This document shows, piece by piece, positions 7,576-15,614 of a stretch of 42,757 nt of DNA. Within the stretch, counting starts at the first letter, position 1, and every line of letters starts with the position of its first letter. Both the position numbers and the translations under genes were made by a program. The DNA is from a virus (taxonomy: Duplodnaviria; Caudoviricetes). The notes under the pieces are model-generated. The model did no database searches and was not told where the DNA came from. It saw nothing but the letters and a program-made list of their open reading frames with translations. Location: positions 1 to 42,757 of IMG/VR virus record IMGVR_UViG_3300030433_000925; one strand, written 5' to 3'.

Positions 7576-7808
7576 TACTGTGCCTCCTTTGGATATCTAA
7601 AATAATTAAAAGTTTCGTCCAAGACATGATGAATAACGTAAGTATAGTTAACATCTTGCCAAGCAGAAACAACTTGAGACTCTGCATCCATATAGTCTAT
7701 ATGATCATCAGGTATCTCTGTAGGATGCTCTGGGTGAGCAATATCTTCTGGGTGCCAATATTCGACATAACCGAAACCATGACCCTCCTCTAATACTTTC
7801 CATGCCAT
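7575..7808 (-). CDS. Hypothetical acidic protein
   Basis: 77 aa; AAGGAG RBS. Confidence 0.7.
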   Translation of the reverse strand: MAWKVLEEGHGFGYVEYWHPEDIAHPEHPTEIPDDHIDYMDAESQVVSAWQDVNYTYVIHHVLDETFNYFRYPKEAQ

Positions 7809-7810
7809 GC

Positions 7811-8002
7811 TTATGCTCCTTTCGTATTTATATTAACTAACTCCGAAAGGTTAGTCACAAGAACATAATTAGATTTATGCATAGGAACAACAGTATGAAC
7901 TTTTTGTTTAGCTTCTTTATCGCCACAAGATAAACAGGTATCATACCCAAGACTAACCCTGCGAGGGGGCGAGATAACATTATCACATATTTTACAATAC
8001 AT
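7811..8002 (-). CDS. DksA/TraR-type C4 zinc-finger protein (start revised to MYCKIC)
   Basis: CKICDNVISPPRRVSLGYDTCLSC matches the CxxC-x17-CxxC spacing; TAGAAAGGA RBS before 8002. Confidence 0.6.
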   Translation of the reverse strand: MYCKICDNVISPPRRVSLGYDTCLSCGDKEAKQKVHTVVPMHKSNYVLVTNLSELVNINTKGA

Positions 8003-8033
8003 TAGCAATATCCTTTCTACTTTCTTTATTTTT

Positions 8034-8079
8034 ATTATACTAAAACAAAAAGGCAATTTATATAGGAAAACTATGCTTT
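8034..8079 (-). promoter_or_regulatory. Phage promoter of the repeated class
   Basis: AAAGCATAGTTTTCCTATATAAATTGCCTTTTTGTTTTAG-TATAAT. Confidence 0.55.
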
Positions 8080-8282
8080 TTATCGTTAAACTTGTAGCTA
8101 AGTGTATCTTCCATTTCTTCAATATTGATTGAATAAAAGTTTTTGTTTTTTAATGGAGCAGAGAAGAACTCTAACCTTTTTTCTGCTTCTTCTCGTGTTC
8201 GATACGAACCAATGAATGATGATCCGTGGTCCCCACGTCTTTTAATACGAATACGATAATAACCTGTTGTTGAAAGTATCAT
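8058..8282 (-). CDS. Hypothetical protein, possible small AP2-like DNA-binding fold
   Basis: YYRIRIKRRG...FIGSYRTREEA pattern; GAGGAG RBS. Confidence 0.55.
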   Translation of the reverse strand: MILSTTGYYRIRIKRRGDHGSSFIGSYRTREEAEKRLEFFSAPLKNKNFYSINIEEMEDTLSYKFNDKKHSFPI

Positions 8283-8668
8283 GCTACATTCTCCTCTACA
8301 TGTTTTAAAACTGCGTCGGTAAGTACGGCTAAAGAACTACCACGACCTGCTTTCATATATGATGCTTCTAGAGCAGTATGAAGATTAAAACGTCGTGCCA
8401 TATCTTCTACAATTCTATGAGACGAAACTCCTTCGAGTTCTTTTATAATTGAACCATCGTCTGCATAGATATTTCCTTTATGAGAGCCATCAGATTTATA
8501 AGTACGAATGAAACTCTTTACATACTTTGGTGGAAAGCCTAACGCAGTAAATGTTTTTATATCCCAAATAGTATGAGCATCGTATAAGATCTCTGCTAAA
8601 TCTCTTTGATTAGCCTCTACTAATACTTTCTTAATTCGCTTGGTTGTTAAATCCATTGGCATCCTCAT
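8279..8668 (-). CDS. Hypothetical protein (start likely MRMPMDL)
   Basis: GAGGAGG RBS before ATG at 8668. Confidence 0.7.
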   Translation of the reverse strand: MRMPMDLTTKRIKKVLVEANQRDLAEILYDAHTIWDIKTFTALGFPPKYVKSFIRTYKSDGSHKGNIYADDGSIIKELEGVSSHRIVEDMARRFNLHTALEASYMKAGRGSSLAVLTDAVLKHVEENVA

Positions 8669-9014
8669 TTTGATCCTCCTCTTTAATATATAATCCGTTA
8701 ACCAATTTTCCTTTTCTATCTTTAATTTCTTCGTAAGCATAATCCATACAAGAAACTAAAGACATATTATTTCGCATACAAATATTAATCATAATAACTA
8801 ACATATCACCAATAGCATCTGCTATCAAAGCCTTTGGGACTTCTGGTGTATCGTAAGAGTCTGCCTGAATAACTGCTTGGGATAACTCGCCTAATTCTTC
8901 TAAAAGTTTTAGAACTTGATCTTTACTTGTACTACCCTCGATAAGGTTACGATCTTCATGCCACTTCCTTATCAAGCCCTCGAGAGTATAATAATCATAC
9001 GGCACTTTCATCAT
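8631..9014 (-). CDS. mazG: MazG-like nucleoside triphosphate pyrophosphohydrolase
   Basis: WHEDRNL...QVLKLLEELGEL...DAIGDMLV...AYEEIKDRKG, all-alpha NTP-PPase motifs. Confidence 0.85.
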   Translation of the reverse strand: MMKVPYDYYTLEGLIRKWHEDRNLIEGSTSKDQVLKLLEELGELSQAVIQADSYDTPEVPKALIADAIGDMLVIMINICMRNNMSLVSCMDYAYEEIKDRKGKLVNGLYIKEEDQNEDANGFNNQAN

Positions 9015-9276
9015 CTACCTCCAGTATATTGACTAGCTTGAGTTCATATTGAATCATACTATGGTTTTCGTGAGAGTAAACTTCTAAAGTGTTTTGATGT
9101 AAAATATATGTTTCATGTTCTGTTTCTAATATTCTTGCACCATCTGATTCAACACCTTGGAAAGTTTGTAGATCACTTGCTGATAGACCTCTCCAATCTT
9201 GTTGGATAATCTGTTCTAAAAGGTTACTAGCGATACCTGTTGATCGACCATAAGATTTTTGTTTAAAATGTTTCAT
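8995..9276 (-). CDS. Hypothetical protein, paralog of 9412..9717
   Basis: LEQIIQQDWRGL...DGARILETE; start revised to ATG at 9276 (TAATG overlap). Confidence 0.7.
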   Translation of the reverse strand: MKHFKQKSYGRSTGIASNLLEQIIQQDWRGLSASDLQTFQGVESDGARILETEHETYILHQNTLEVYSHENHSMIQYELKLVNILEVDDESAV

Positions 9277-9422
9277 TAGTCTATCCAATCCATTCTTATT
9301 ATTTCGTGTTTATTATCTATTACTTTTCTAATCTGCTCTTCATTATCAGCTTCGATCATAAACTCTACTAATTTGTTAAGATCTCTATTAATAGCTACTT
9401 TAACATAATATCTATTTTCCAT
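9276..9422 (-). CDS. Small hypothetical protein (48 aa, not in ORF track)
   Basis: MENRYYVKVAINRDLNKLVEFMIEADNEEQIRKVIDNKHEIIRMDWID; GGAGG RBS. Confidence 0.7.
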   Translation of the reverse strand: MENRYYVKVAINRDLNKLVEFMIEADNEEQIRKVIDNKHEIIRMDWID

Positions 9423-9717
9423 TAGAACCCTCCTGATTAGTCACATGAAGCAAGACCCACTTACCTTGAGATTTAGTAGTACCTAGCTCAAAAGAATACA
9501 GGGTCATATTATTAATAATAAATAAACGAGTGCCATCTGATGTTTCTAAAGCCCTCGCTCCATCTAAGGGAACTTCACCAAACACAGGCTTATAAAGAGT
9601 AATCTCATCATCGTTTAAACTTCGCCAATCAAAGCTAACAATTAATTCTAAAATTTTAAAAGGGGTCATATCAAACTGGTGTATGCCATGACCACATCTC
9701 GGACAAGTAATCGCCAT
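9412..9717 (-). CDS. Hypothetical protein, paralog of 8995..9276
   Basis: LELIVSFDWRSL...DGARALETS; N-terminal CPRCGH; TAGAAAGGA RBS. Confidence 0.75.
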   Translation of the reverse strand: MAITCPRCGHGIHQFDMTPFKILELIVSFDWRSLNDDEITLYKPVFGEVPLDGARALETSDGTRLFIINNMTLYSFELGTTKSQGKWVLLHVTNQEGSNGK

Positions 9718-9737
9718 CTTTCTTCCTTTCTAAAAGT

Positions 9738-9897
9738 GTACTAGAGGTAGGACATTACCGAGAGACTTCCGTCAAAGTCAAAGAGGGTCTGATATTCCGA
9801 TAACAACTCTGTCTAACCTCATGCTATCGCCCCACTTCTAGTACGTTGCAACATTTTAACAAATAACATGGGAGATAGAGGTACTTACCCCATGCTA
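9738..9897 (-). ncRNA. Candidate structured ncRNA / 5' leader
   Basis: 5' hairpin 9897-9864; 17-bp stem between 9844-9828 and 9754-9738 with G-U pairs on the minus strand; internal hairpin 9779-9764; starts ~7 nt after a TATAAT. Confidence 0.55.
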
Positions 9898-9904
9898 CTC
9901 TTTT

Positions 9905-9950
9905 ATTATAGTAAAAATATTAAATGAATAAAAACTAAAAATAATGTTTC
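9905..9950 (-). promoter_or_regulatory. Phage promoter of the repeated class
   Basis: GAAACATTATTTTTAGTTTTTATTCATTTAATATTTTTAC-TATAAT. Confidence 0.55.
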
Positions 9951-10259
9951 TTATGCCGACTCATCGCCATTACTATCGTAAGGACTTTGAGCAGTTGGAA
10001 ACTCACTATGAATATTTTCAGTTATTTCTTGAGTATCTTTATACATAGGAAATAAATTATACATTAATAATTTCATATCTTCAATATTCGATACTTCTTT
10101 CATTGCTCCAGGAACTTTATCTAGTTCTTTTATCGCAATATAGAGGGCTTGACCAATTATATATTGACCACGCATACTTGCGAATAACTTCCTTGCTACT
10201 TGAATCTTCTGTTCTTTAGACATCCAATTTCTTCTTTCTATTTTTTCTTGTTCACTCAT
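9951..10259 (-). CDS. Hypothetical protein
   Basis: ORF overlapping the upstream gene; start probably MSEQEK (10259). Confidence 0.65.
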   Translation of the reverse strand: MSEQEKIERRNWMSKEQKIQVARKLFASMRGQYIIGQALYIAIKELDKVPGAMKEVSNIEDMKLLMYNLFPMYKDTQEITENIHSEFPTAQSPYDSNGDESA

Positions 10260-10521
10260 CGCTTTCTCCCTTTCCATGTATGATTTTCCAAGTGTTTTTA
10301 TAATCTTCTTCTGCCGTTTCGACGGATAACATTCCGTGTGTAATTAGATACTCAGAATAAAAGTCGAACGTCTCATCGGCAGTAGCACCTTCTAGCTCAA
10401 CTCCTTGACCTATAAGGTTTGCAGCGATTAGATCTGCTTCGTTCTTAGCACCTAACTCTCGTAGCTTTCGCCATGCGACAACAGCCATGATGATAGGCAT
10501 CGTTATAGTTTTTTCGGACAT
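10252..10521 (-). CDS. Hypothetical protein
   Basis: 89 aa; AAGGAG RBS and promoter upstream. Confidence 0.75.
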   Translation of the reverse strand: MSEKTITMPIIMAVVAWRKLRELGAKNEADLIAANLIGQGVELEGATADETFDFYSEYLITHGMLSVETAEEDYKNTWKIIHGKGESDE

Positions 10522-10540
10522 TTAATACTCCTTTTTATTT

Positions 10541-10586
10541 ATTATAATAAAAATAAAAATGGAATTATATAAGAATAAAATGTTTA
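10541..10586 (-). promoter_or_regulatory. Phage promoter of the repeated class
   Basis: TAAACATTTTATTCTTATATAATTCCATTTTTATTTTTAT-TATAAT. Confidence 0.55.
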
Positions 10587-12584
10587 TACTGCTTGCTTTG
10601 TATAATCTGACTCAGAACCTCTCGTCCAACCTCTAACAGATTCAGCATGAGCTATGACTTTAGAAGCATCTTTAGCTTCACCCCAGTTTGGTCCAAGTTC
10701 CACGTCTACTTTTACAGGGACTTTTATTTCTACACAATGTTCCATAATTTCTTTTATCTTTACTGCTTGTTCTTCTGATTCTACAGAAAAATCTAATTCG
10801 TCATGAACTTGTATATGAGGTATAATTCCTTCTTCGAATAATAACTGCATTGCTTTCTTAGTCATATCTGCGGCACTACCTTGTATTAATCTATTCATAG
10901 CTTTATGTGTAAAAGCCCTTTTAATAGCATTACCATGTTCAGCATAAGCAGTTTTATGATCCATAATTTTTCGTGTACCGAATTGCATTGGTTCCCACTT
11001 ATCGAAACGACAACGTCTTCCTAATAATGTTCTTATATTGCCTTGATCTGCAGCACGTCGTATAGCTCGTTCACTAAGGGCTTTTACAAATGGAACTCGT
11101 TCATGATATTGGCTAAATAATTCTTTTCCTTCTTCCATCGTTAACCCTAGACTACTAGACAATTTTTGAACACCCATAGAATAAAATAATCCTAAGTTTA
11201 TATTCTTTGCTTGCTTTCTTGGTATGCCTGCCATATCAGCTACGACTTGATGGAAATCTGCATCTCCATCTCTAAATGCATCCCCAGCTTCTTTTGCCCC
11301 ACGAAGTTCCATCATCTCTGCATAATGAACAACGAGTCTTGGTTCTTGTTGAGAGTAATCAAAAGCACCCCACTGGCATCCTTCTTCAGGAATAAATAAT
11401 GATCGGATAGCCGTACCTATTTCAGGATCCCTTGCTGGAACTTGTTGTAGATTAGGATTACTGTAACTAAAACGACCTGTAACCGTACCACCGTCATCAG
11501 AACGAAGTGGATGTAGTTCAGCATGAAGACGACCTGATTGTTGATTACTCATAAGCATTCCGTCGATAAATGTTGTCCTTGCTTTATTCATCTTTCGTGC
11601 TTTTACAATTAGCTTTGGAACTTCGTGTTCATGGTTTTCTAACCATGATTGTTGAAAGGAGGGTGATCCTTTTTCTGTAAAGTTATATGGTAGTTTTAAT
11701 TTCTTAAATGCTTTTTCTATAGATGCATTCGCCCATATTTCTATATTCGATCCAACTAGCTTTTTTATCTGTAATAAAGCATCTTCTTCTTTAGCCCTGA
11801 ACATTTTAGACATACGTTCTGCTTGGTCTAAATCAATACGAACACCTCTAAACCTCATTTCGATAAGTAATGGTAGTATCGATGTTTCTAAATTAAATAT
11901 CGACCATAAGTCTTGTCTTGATAATTCTTGTTTTTGAAACTTCCATAACCTTAATGTCATCGCAGCATCTTGCTCTGCATATGGACCAACATACATAGGT
12001 GGTAGTTCTGATATATCTGCTTTTGGATCTACGTTCCATGCTTCTGCAGCATCACGTAACAAATCTTCACTTTTCGTTTCTTGTAAGTAATGTTTACCTA
12101 ACGCATTTAAAGCATAGCTAAACCTGTTTTCATCTATTAGAGGTGCACCGATCATAGTATCGATTATACGACCTTTTACATTAACACCTTCTGCTTTTAG
12201 CCAACCAATATCATATGAGGCATTATGACAAATCTTATCTGCATCTGTAGATACCATGTCTTTTAACCAATTAAAAACAACTTTTTCGTCTAAGTTGCCC
12301 CCTGATCTATGTCGTATTGGAAAATATCCTTCCCAACCATCAGTAGCTACAGCGATACCAACGATATGCCCATCTTTCTTCGCCCAACCTGCACCCTTAG
12401 ATCGTAAGTTAGGATCCCATGTTTCAAGGTCAATAGCTATTTCTTTAGCTTTCGATAAGTCTGGTAGCACTTCTGGAACTGTCCATGTACTATCAGGAGG
12501 GAACAGAGGATCCTGTAAAGGATTTTTATATTTTGGCAATGCTTTCTTCCCTTTCTCTGGGAAAGAGTTTACCTTATTTAGCAT
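10584..12584 (-). CDS. polA: Family A DNA polymerase with 3'-5' exonuclease
   Basis: Exo motifs IDLET, HNASYD, YAEQD; polymerase motifs TGRFSYSNPNLQQ, A DYSQQEPR, B RKQAKNINLGLFY, C VHDEL. Confidence 0.97.
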   Translation of the reverse strand: MLNKVNSFPEKGKKALPKYKNPLQDPLFPPDSTWTVPEVLPDLSKAKEIAIDLETWDPNLRSKGAGWAKKDGHIVGIAVATDGWEGYFPIRHRSGGNLDEKVVFNWLKDMVSTDADKICHNASYDIGWLKAEGVNVKGRIIDTMIGAPLIDENRFSYALNALGKHYLQETKSEDLLRDAAEAWNVDPKADISELPPMYVGPYAEQDAAMTLRLWKFQKQELSRQDLWSIFNLETSILPLLIEMRFRGVRIDLDQAERMSKMFRAKEEDALLQIKKLVGSNIEIWANASIEKAFKKLKLPYNFTEKGSPSFQQSWLENHEHEVPKLIVKARKMNKARTTFIDGMLMSNQQSGRLHAELHPLRSDDGGTVTGRFSYSNPNLQQVPARDPEIGTAIRSLFIPEEGCQWGAFDYSQQEPRLVVHYAEMMELRGAKEAGDAFRDGDADFHQVVADMAGIPRKQAKNINLGLFYSMGVQKLSSSLGLTMEEGKELFSQYHERVPFVKALSERAIRRAADQGNIRTLLGRRCRFDKWEPMQFGTRKIMDHKTAYAEHGNAIKRAFTHKAMNRLIQGSAADMTKKAMQLLFEEGIIPHIQVHDELDFSVESEEQAVKIKEIMEHCVEIKVPVKVDVELGPNWGEAKDASKVIAHAESVRGWTRGSESDYTKQAV

Positions 12585-12882
12585 TCTTTTGTAAAGCTAT
12601 TTGTGCTTCGACTAAGAGCAGATAACGTCTAAGGTCTCTTATATCGTCTATAAGCCCTTCTGGTCTCTGATCCTCCTCTAAAGCTAAAAAGATATCGTAA
12701 GTATAATCGTTTGATTGGTTTTCTATACGATCCCACTTCCTAGCTAACATCATAAAAGCACCTATACCACCTCGCTTTTTCCAACTGTCTCCATAAGACT
12801 TTTCTGCTTCATGCAAAGCACTAACATCATCGTTAGCTAATACATTAACTTTTTGTATTATCTTACTACGTTTCTCAGTCAT
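12574..12882 (-). CDS. Nucleotide-modification-associated domain 1 (Nmad1/DUF1599)-like protein
   Basis: SYGDSWKKRGG...ARKWDRIEN...DDIRDLRRYLLL all-alpha pattern; sits in the modification operon. Confidence 0.55.
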   Translation of the reverse strand: MTEKRSKIIQKVNVLANDDVSALHEAEKSYGDSWKKRGGIGAFMMLARKWDRIENQSNDYTYDIFLALEEDQRPEGLIDDIRDLRRYLLLVEAQIALQKNAK

Positions 12883-13939
12883 TCTTAGCTCTCTCTTCCT
12901 TTCTTTCTAACCATTCCATACATGCTTTTCTCCAATCTGGTGCTTGGATAGTTGAGGCTTGCAGTATGGCATGTTTATAATCTTTTTGTTTATAATAGTT
13001 CCATGCCTCAACAAGAGGTATCGCTGTATAAGCGAATGTCTTCATATTACTAAAGTGATCTGGGGTTATCCACATACCACCTAGTTCCTTGTTATCTTTA
13101 CTAGAACAAAACAGGTTAAAGAAATAATTTAAATCTTTATCGAAGTTTTGTTTATCTTGTATTAAGTCCTGCCATGTTATCTCTGGGTTAACTTCATAGC
13201 CATGAGGAGAGATACCTTTAGAAAGTTTCTTATCTAGTTCGTTCCAAACATCTAAATAAACATGAGCATTATTACTAATTTGATGATAACAACCTACACT
13301 TAATCCTGACATTGTTGCTATATATTCATGGAGCATACTAAAATGAACTGCGTTAGCCCCATATGCACCCCAAATTAAATCATTAGATCTACAACATACA
13401 GTCATATCTAATTTAATTTGATTATGCTCTTCACCTAATTCTTTTGTTGGATAGGCTTTAAAATATATTTGAGTATTACAAGGAACATCTTTGCCTTTAT
13501 AATGAAGATCATGTACAGGATCCCACATTGATAAAACTATTCGCCTATCCCATTTATTTTCTTTTAGCTTTTGAATAACGTCATGTAGTTGATCGTAACC
13601 AAATTGGTTTCGCCAACGATAACCATAAGACCCATATAAAAAGTTACCATCATCAGAAAACTCTTTCATCCTTTTTACAAATCTTGCTAATGGTTCTACG
13701 TCTCTTCGACCAGCTAACATCCATAAGCCTTCTATAAAATGAAAGAAAGGATTACAATTTCTCTCAGGAAGAAACATTACTCGTTCTCTTGGAAAGTTAT
13801 AAGTAGAACAAACAGGGTCTCTAAACATTAAGACATCACCATTTCTACTTGGTATTTTTACCATGTTGTGTGGCTCCCTTAATGACATCACTGCTATTTG
13901 AAATACTTCTTCTACGTTATCGCCACGAAATGTTATCAT
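12875..13939 (-). CDS. Thymidylate synthase homolog, probable dUMP hydroxymethyltransferase
   Basis: YGYRWR, RRIV, catalytic PCN, RSNDLIWGAYGAN (Asn at the dUMP-specificity position), NAHVY; divergent from canonical ThyA and resembling the enzymes of 5-hmdU phages. Confidence 0.8.
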   Translation of the reverse strand: MITFRGDNVEEVFQIAVMSLREPHNMVKIPSRNGDVLMFRDPVCSTYNFPRERVMFLPERNCNPFFHFIEGLWMLAGRRDVEPLARFVKRMKEFSDDGNFLYGSYGYRWRNQFGYDQLHDVIQKLKENKWDRRIVLSMWDPVHDLHYKGKDVPCNTQIYFKAYPTKELGEEHNQIKLDMTVCCRSNDLIWGAYGANAVHFSMLHEYIATMSGLSVGCYHQISNNAHVYLDVWNELDKKLSKGISPHGYEVNPEITWQDLIQDKQNFDKDLNYFFNLFCSSKDNKELGGMWITPDHFSNMKTFAYTAIPLVEAWNYYKQKDYKHAILQASTIQAPDWRKACMEWLERKEERAKND

Positions 13940-14766
13940 TTATATCTCCCTCTTGGTGTGCCTTGTCCTAAACGGACTCGTTCATATTTATCAAACTCAC
14001 AAAGACTATGTTCTATTTCTCTCATCTCCATAACTGTAGCTATCTCTGGTGGTAAAAAGTTATGTCTCCAATAAAATAAAGTTAACATATCATCGTTCCA
14101 TTTATGTTTAGAACTTTTCCAATCTAACTCTCTACCAAATATTCTATTTAATCCTCTCATTGCTCCTGGACCTGCATTAGCCCAAGTATTTATATCTTTA
14201 GCTGAGTTTAAAAACATCGTATGCCTTAGATCAGTAACAAGTTCATATGCCATGAAAGCACCAAGATAAGGAAATTGTTTTAAAAGAATATGAGCACGTC
14301 TTAGAGTTTCTGTATTTTCTATTAAATCGTCTGCTAACCAACCTCGTCGATGCCATATTCTCTCTATACAAAAAATAACCCCATCAACTTTATCCATACC
14401 ATTAGGTGTTTTTATTATATAACCCCCTGTAACATATTTATTTTGTTTCTTTATTTCTTCTCTAGCAAGTTCAGGATCCCAATCAATATGAAGATTATGT
14501 TTTAATAAAGTTTCTCCTGTTTCAATAAGATTAAACCAACGAAAGATAACAGTAGCCATAAAGACCTCTCTTTGATTATGGAGAGGTTGTCTCATGTTTT
14601 CTCGAAACCAAACAGTTGTCTTATCGTTTTCTCGAAACGGATTAGTAAATCGATACTTATCTAAAATCTTATCCGTTGTCCAAGGGCGAGGAAGACCTTG
14701 TTCTTTTTTCTTAAAGATATCATGTCTTTCCTCGATCCACCAGAAAAATCTTTTAACAGGATCCAT
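13936..14766 (-). CDS. aGPT-Pplase clade 1 / 5-hmdU DNA kinase helical-domain protein
   Basis: ERHDIFKKKEQGLPRPWTTDKILDKYRFTNPFRENDK, FRWFN, GAFMAYELVTDL, GPGAMRGL, EHSLCEFDKY; start probably MDPV at 14766 (TAATG overlap). Confidence 0.85.
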   Translation of the reverse strand: MDPVKRFFWWIEERHDIFKKKEQGLPRPWTTDKILDKYRFTNPFRENDKTTVWFRENMRQPLHNQREVFMATVIFRWFNLIETGETLLKHNLHIDWDPELAREEIKKQNKYVTGGYIIKTPNGMDKVDGVIFCIERIWHRRGWLADDLIENTETLRRAHILLKQFPYLGAFMAYELVTDLRHTMFLNSAKDINTWANAGPGAMRGLNRIFGRELDWKSSKHKWNDDMLTLFYWRHNFLPPEIATVMEMREIEHSLCEFDKYERVRLGQGTPRGRYK

Positions 14767-15605
14767 TACTTCTTCCTTAAATGCCAATTAACATTATTAG
14801 CAGTTTCAGGATAAGCCGTAGCTAATATTACTCTTTGCCAATGCTTATCGAATCTATTTTTAATATCATCAATAACATTTTGTGACCATCTCATATTAGC
14901 ACGGTGGTTTTTGTTAAAATTATTTGTTTGAGTAAAAGTTCCATAATGACGTTCTAATACGAAATGTTTTTCTAATAAGTCTTTTAATTCTTGATAACCC
15001 CACTCATAAACATGATCTTTAGGTAATTTATCATTAGACCCATCGTGGTTAGGTGTCGATATATATGCAATACCTCCTGGACGTAGCTTTCTAGCAGAAG
15101 CCTCAATCCACGGTTCGATAAACTCTCTCCCCATATGTTCTATAACCTCTGTTGTCATAAACACATCTATAGATTCATCTTCTACAGGAGGTTCAGGATT
15201 AGTTGTTAAATCTTGTAGAACTATTTGACCTTTATTCGAAGTCATAGTTTTAAACCACTGGTGTTCTGTAACAGGAAGATCATCGTCTACCCACCAATCA
15301 GTTAAACAAGCTGGATCTATATCCATGCCAACATAACTATTTACAATCTCTGACTTAGTGGAAACAAAGGCTTTATATAAATAACGAAGTGTCCATATTT
15401 CTCCACAACCTATTTCTAATATATCAACAGGTCGTCCAAGAGTTTTAGCTTTATCCATTATTAGTTGTCCCATCTTACAAAAACGACTAATATGAGCTAA
15501 CTCATCTGGTCTCCAGTTTGCTAGTGTCCCTGCACTTGCTATATCCATTCTTGTGTTTTTAGAGTTGTTTGCATTTACTGCAAGTTTTCTTCTTATCGAA
15601 GCCAT
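14766..15605 (-). CDS. Class I SAM-dependent methyltransferase
   Basis: ILEIGCGE (motif I), GMDID, QDL, TEVIEHM, LRPGG..ISTPN; no DPPY/NPPY or PC DNA-methylase motifs. Confidence 0.9.
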   Translation of the reverse strand: MASIRRKLAVNANNSKNTRMDIASAGTLANWRPDELAHISRFCKMGQLIMDKAKTLGRPVDILEIGCGEIWTLRYLYKAFVSTKSEIVNSYVGMDIDPACLTDWWVDDDLPVTEHQWFKTMTSNKGQIVLQDLTTNPEPPVEDESIDVFMTTEVIEHMGREFIEPWIEASARKLRPGGIAYISTPNHDGSNDKLPKDHVYEWGYQELKDLLEKHFVLERHYGTFTQTNNFNKNHRANMRWSQNVIDDIKNRFDKHWQRVILATAYPETANNVNWHLRKK

Positions 15606-15614
15606 TACTTTCTC

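Noticed and set aside
12875-13939. Canonical thyA annotation
   Set aside because: RSNDLIWGAYGAN differs from the ThyA RSxDxxLGxPFN motif and the gene is coupled to a hypermodification gene; hydroxymethylase is preferred though unproven.
14766-15605. Restriction-modification-type DNA methyltransferase
   Set aside because: Lacks (D/N/S)PP(Y/F) and PC/ENV motifs.
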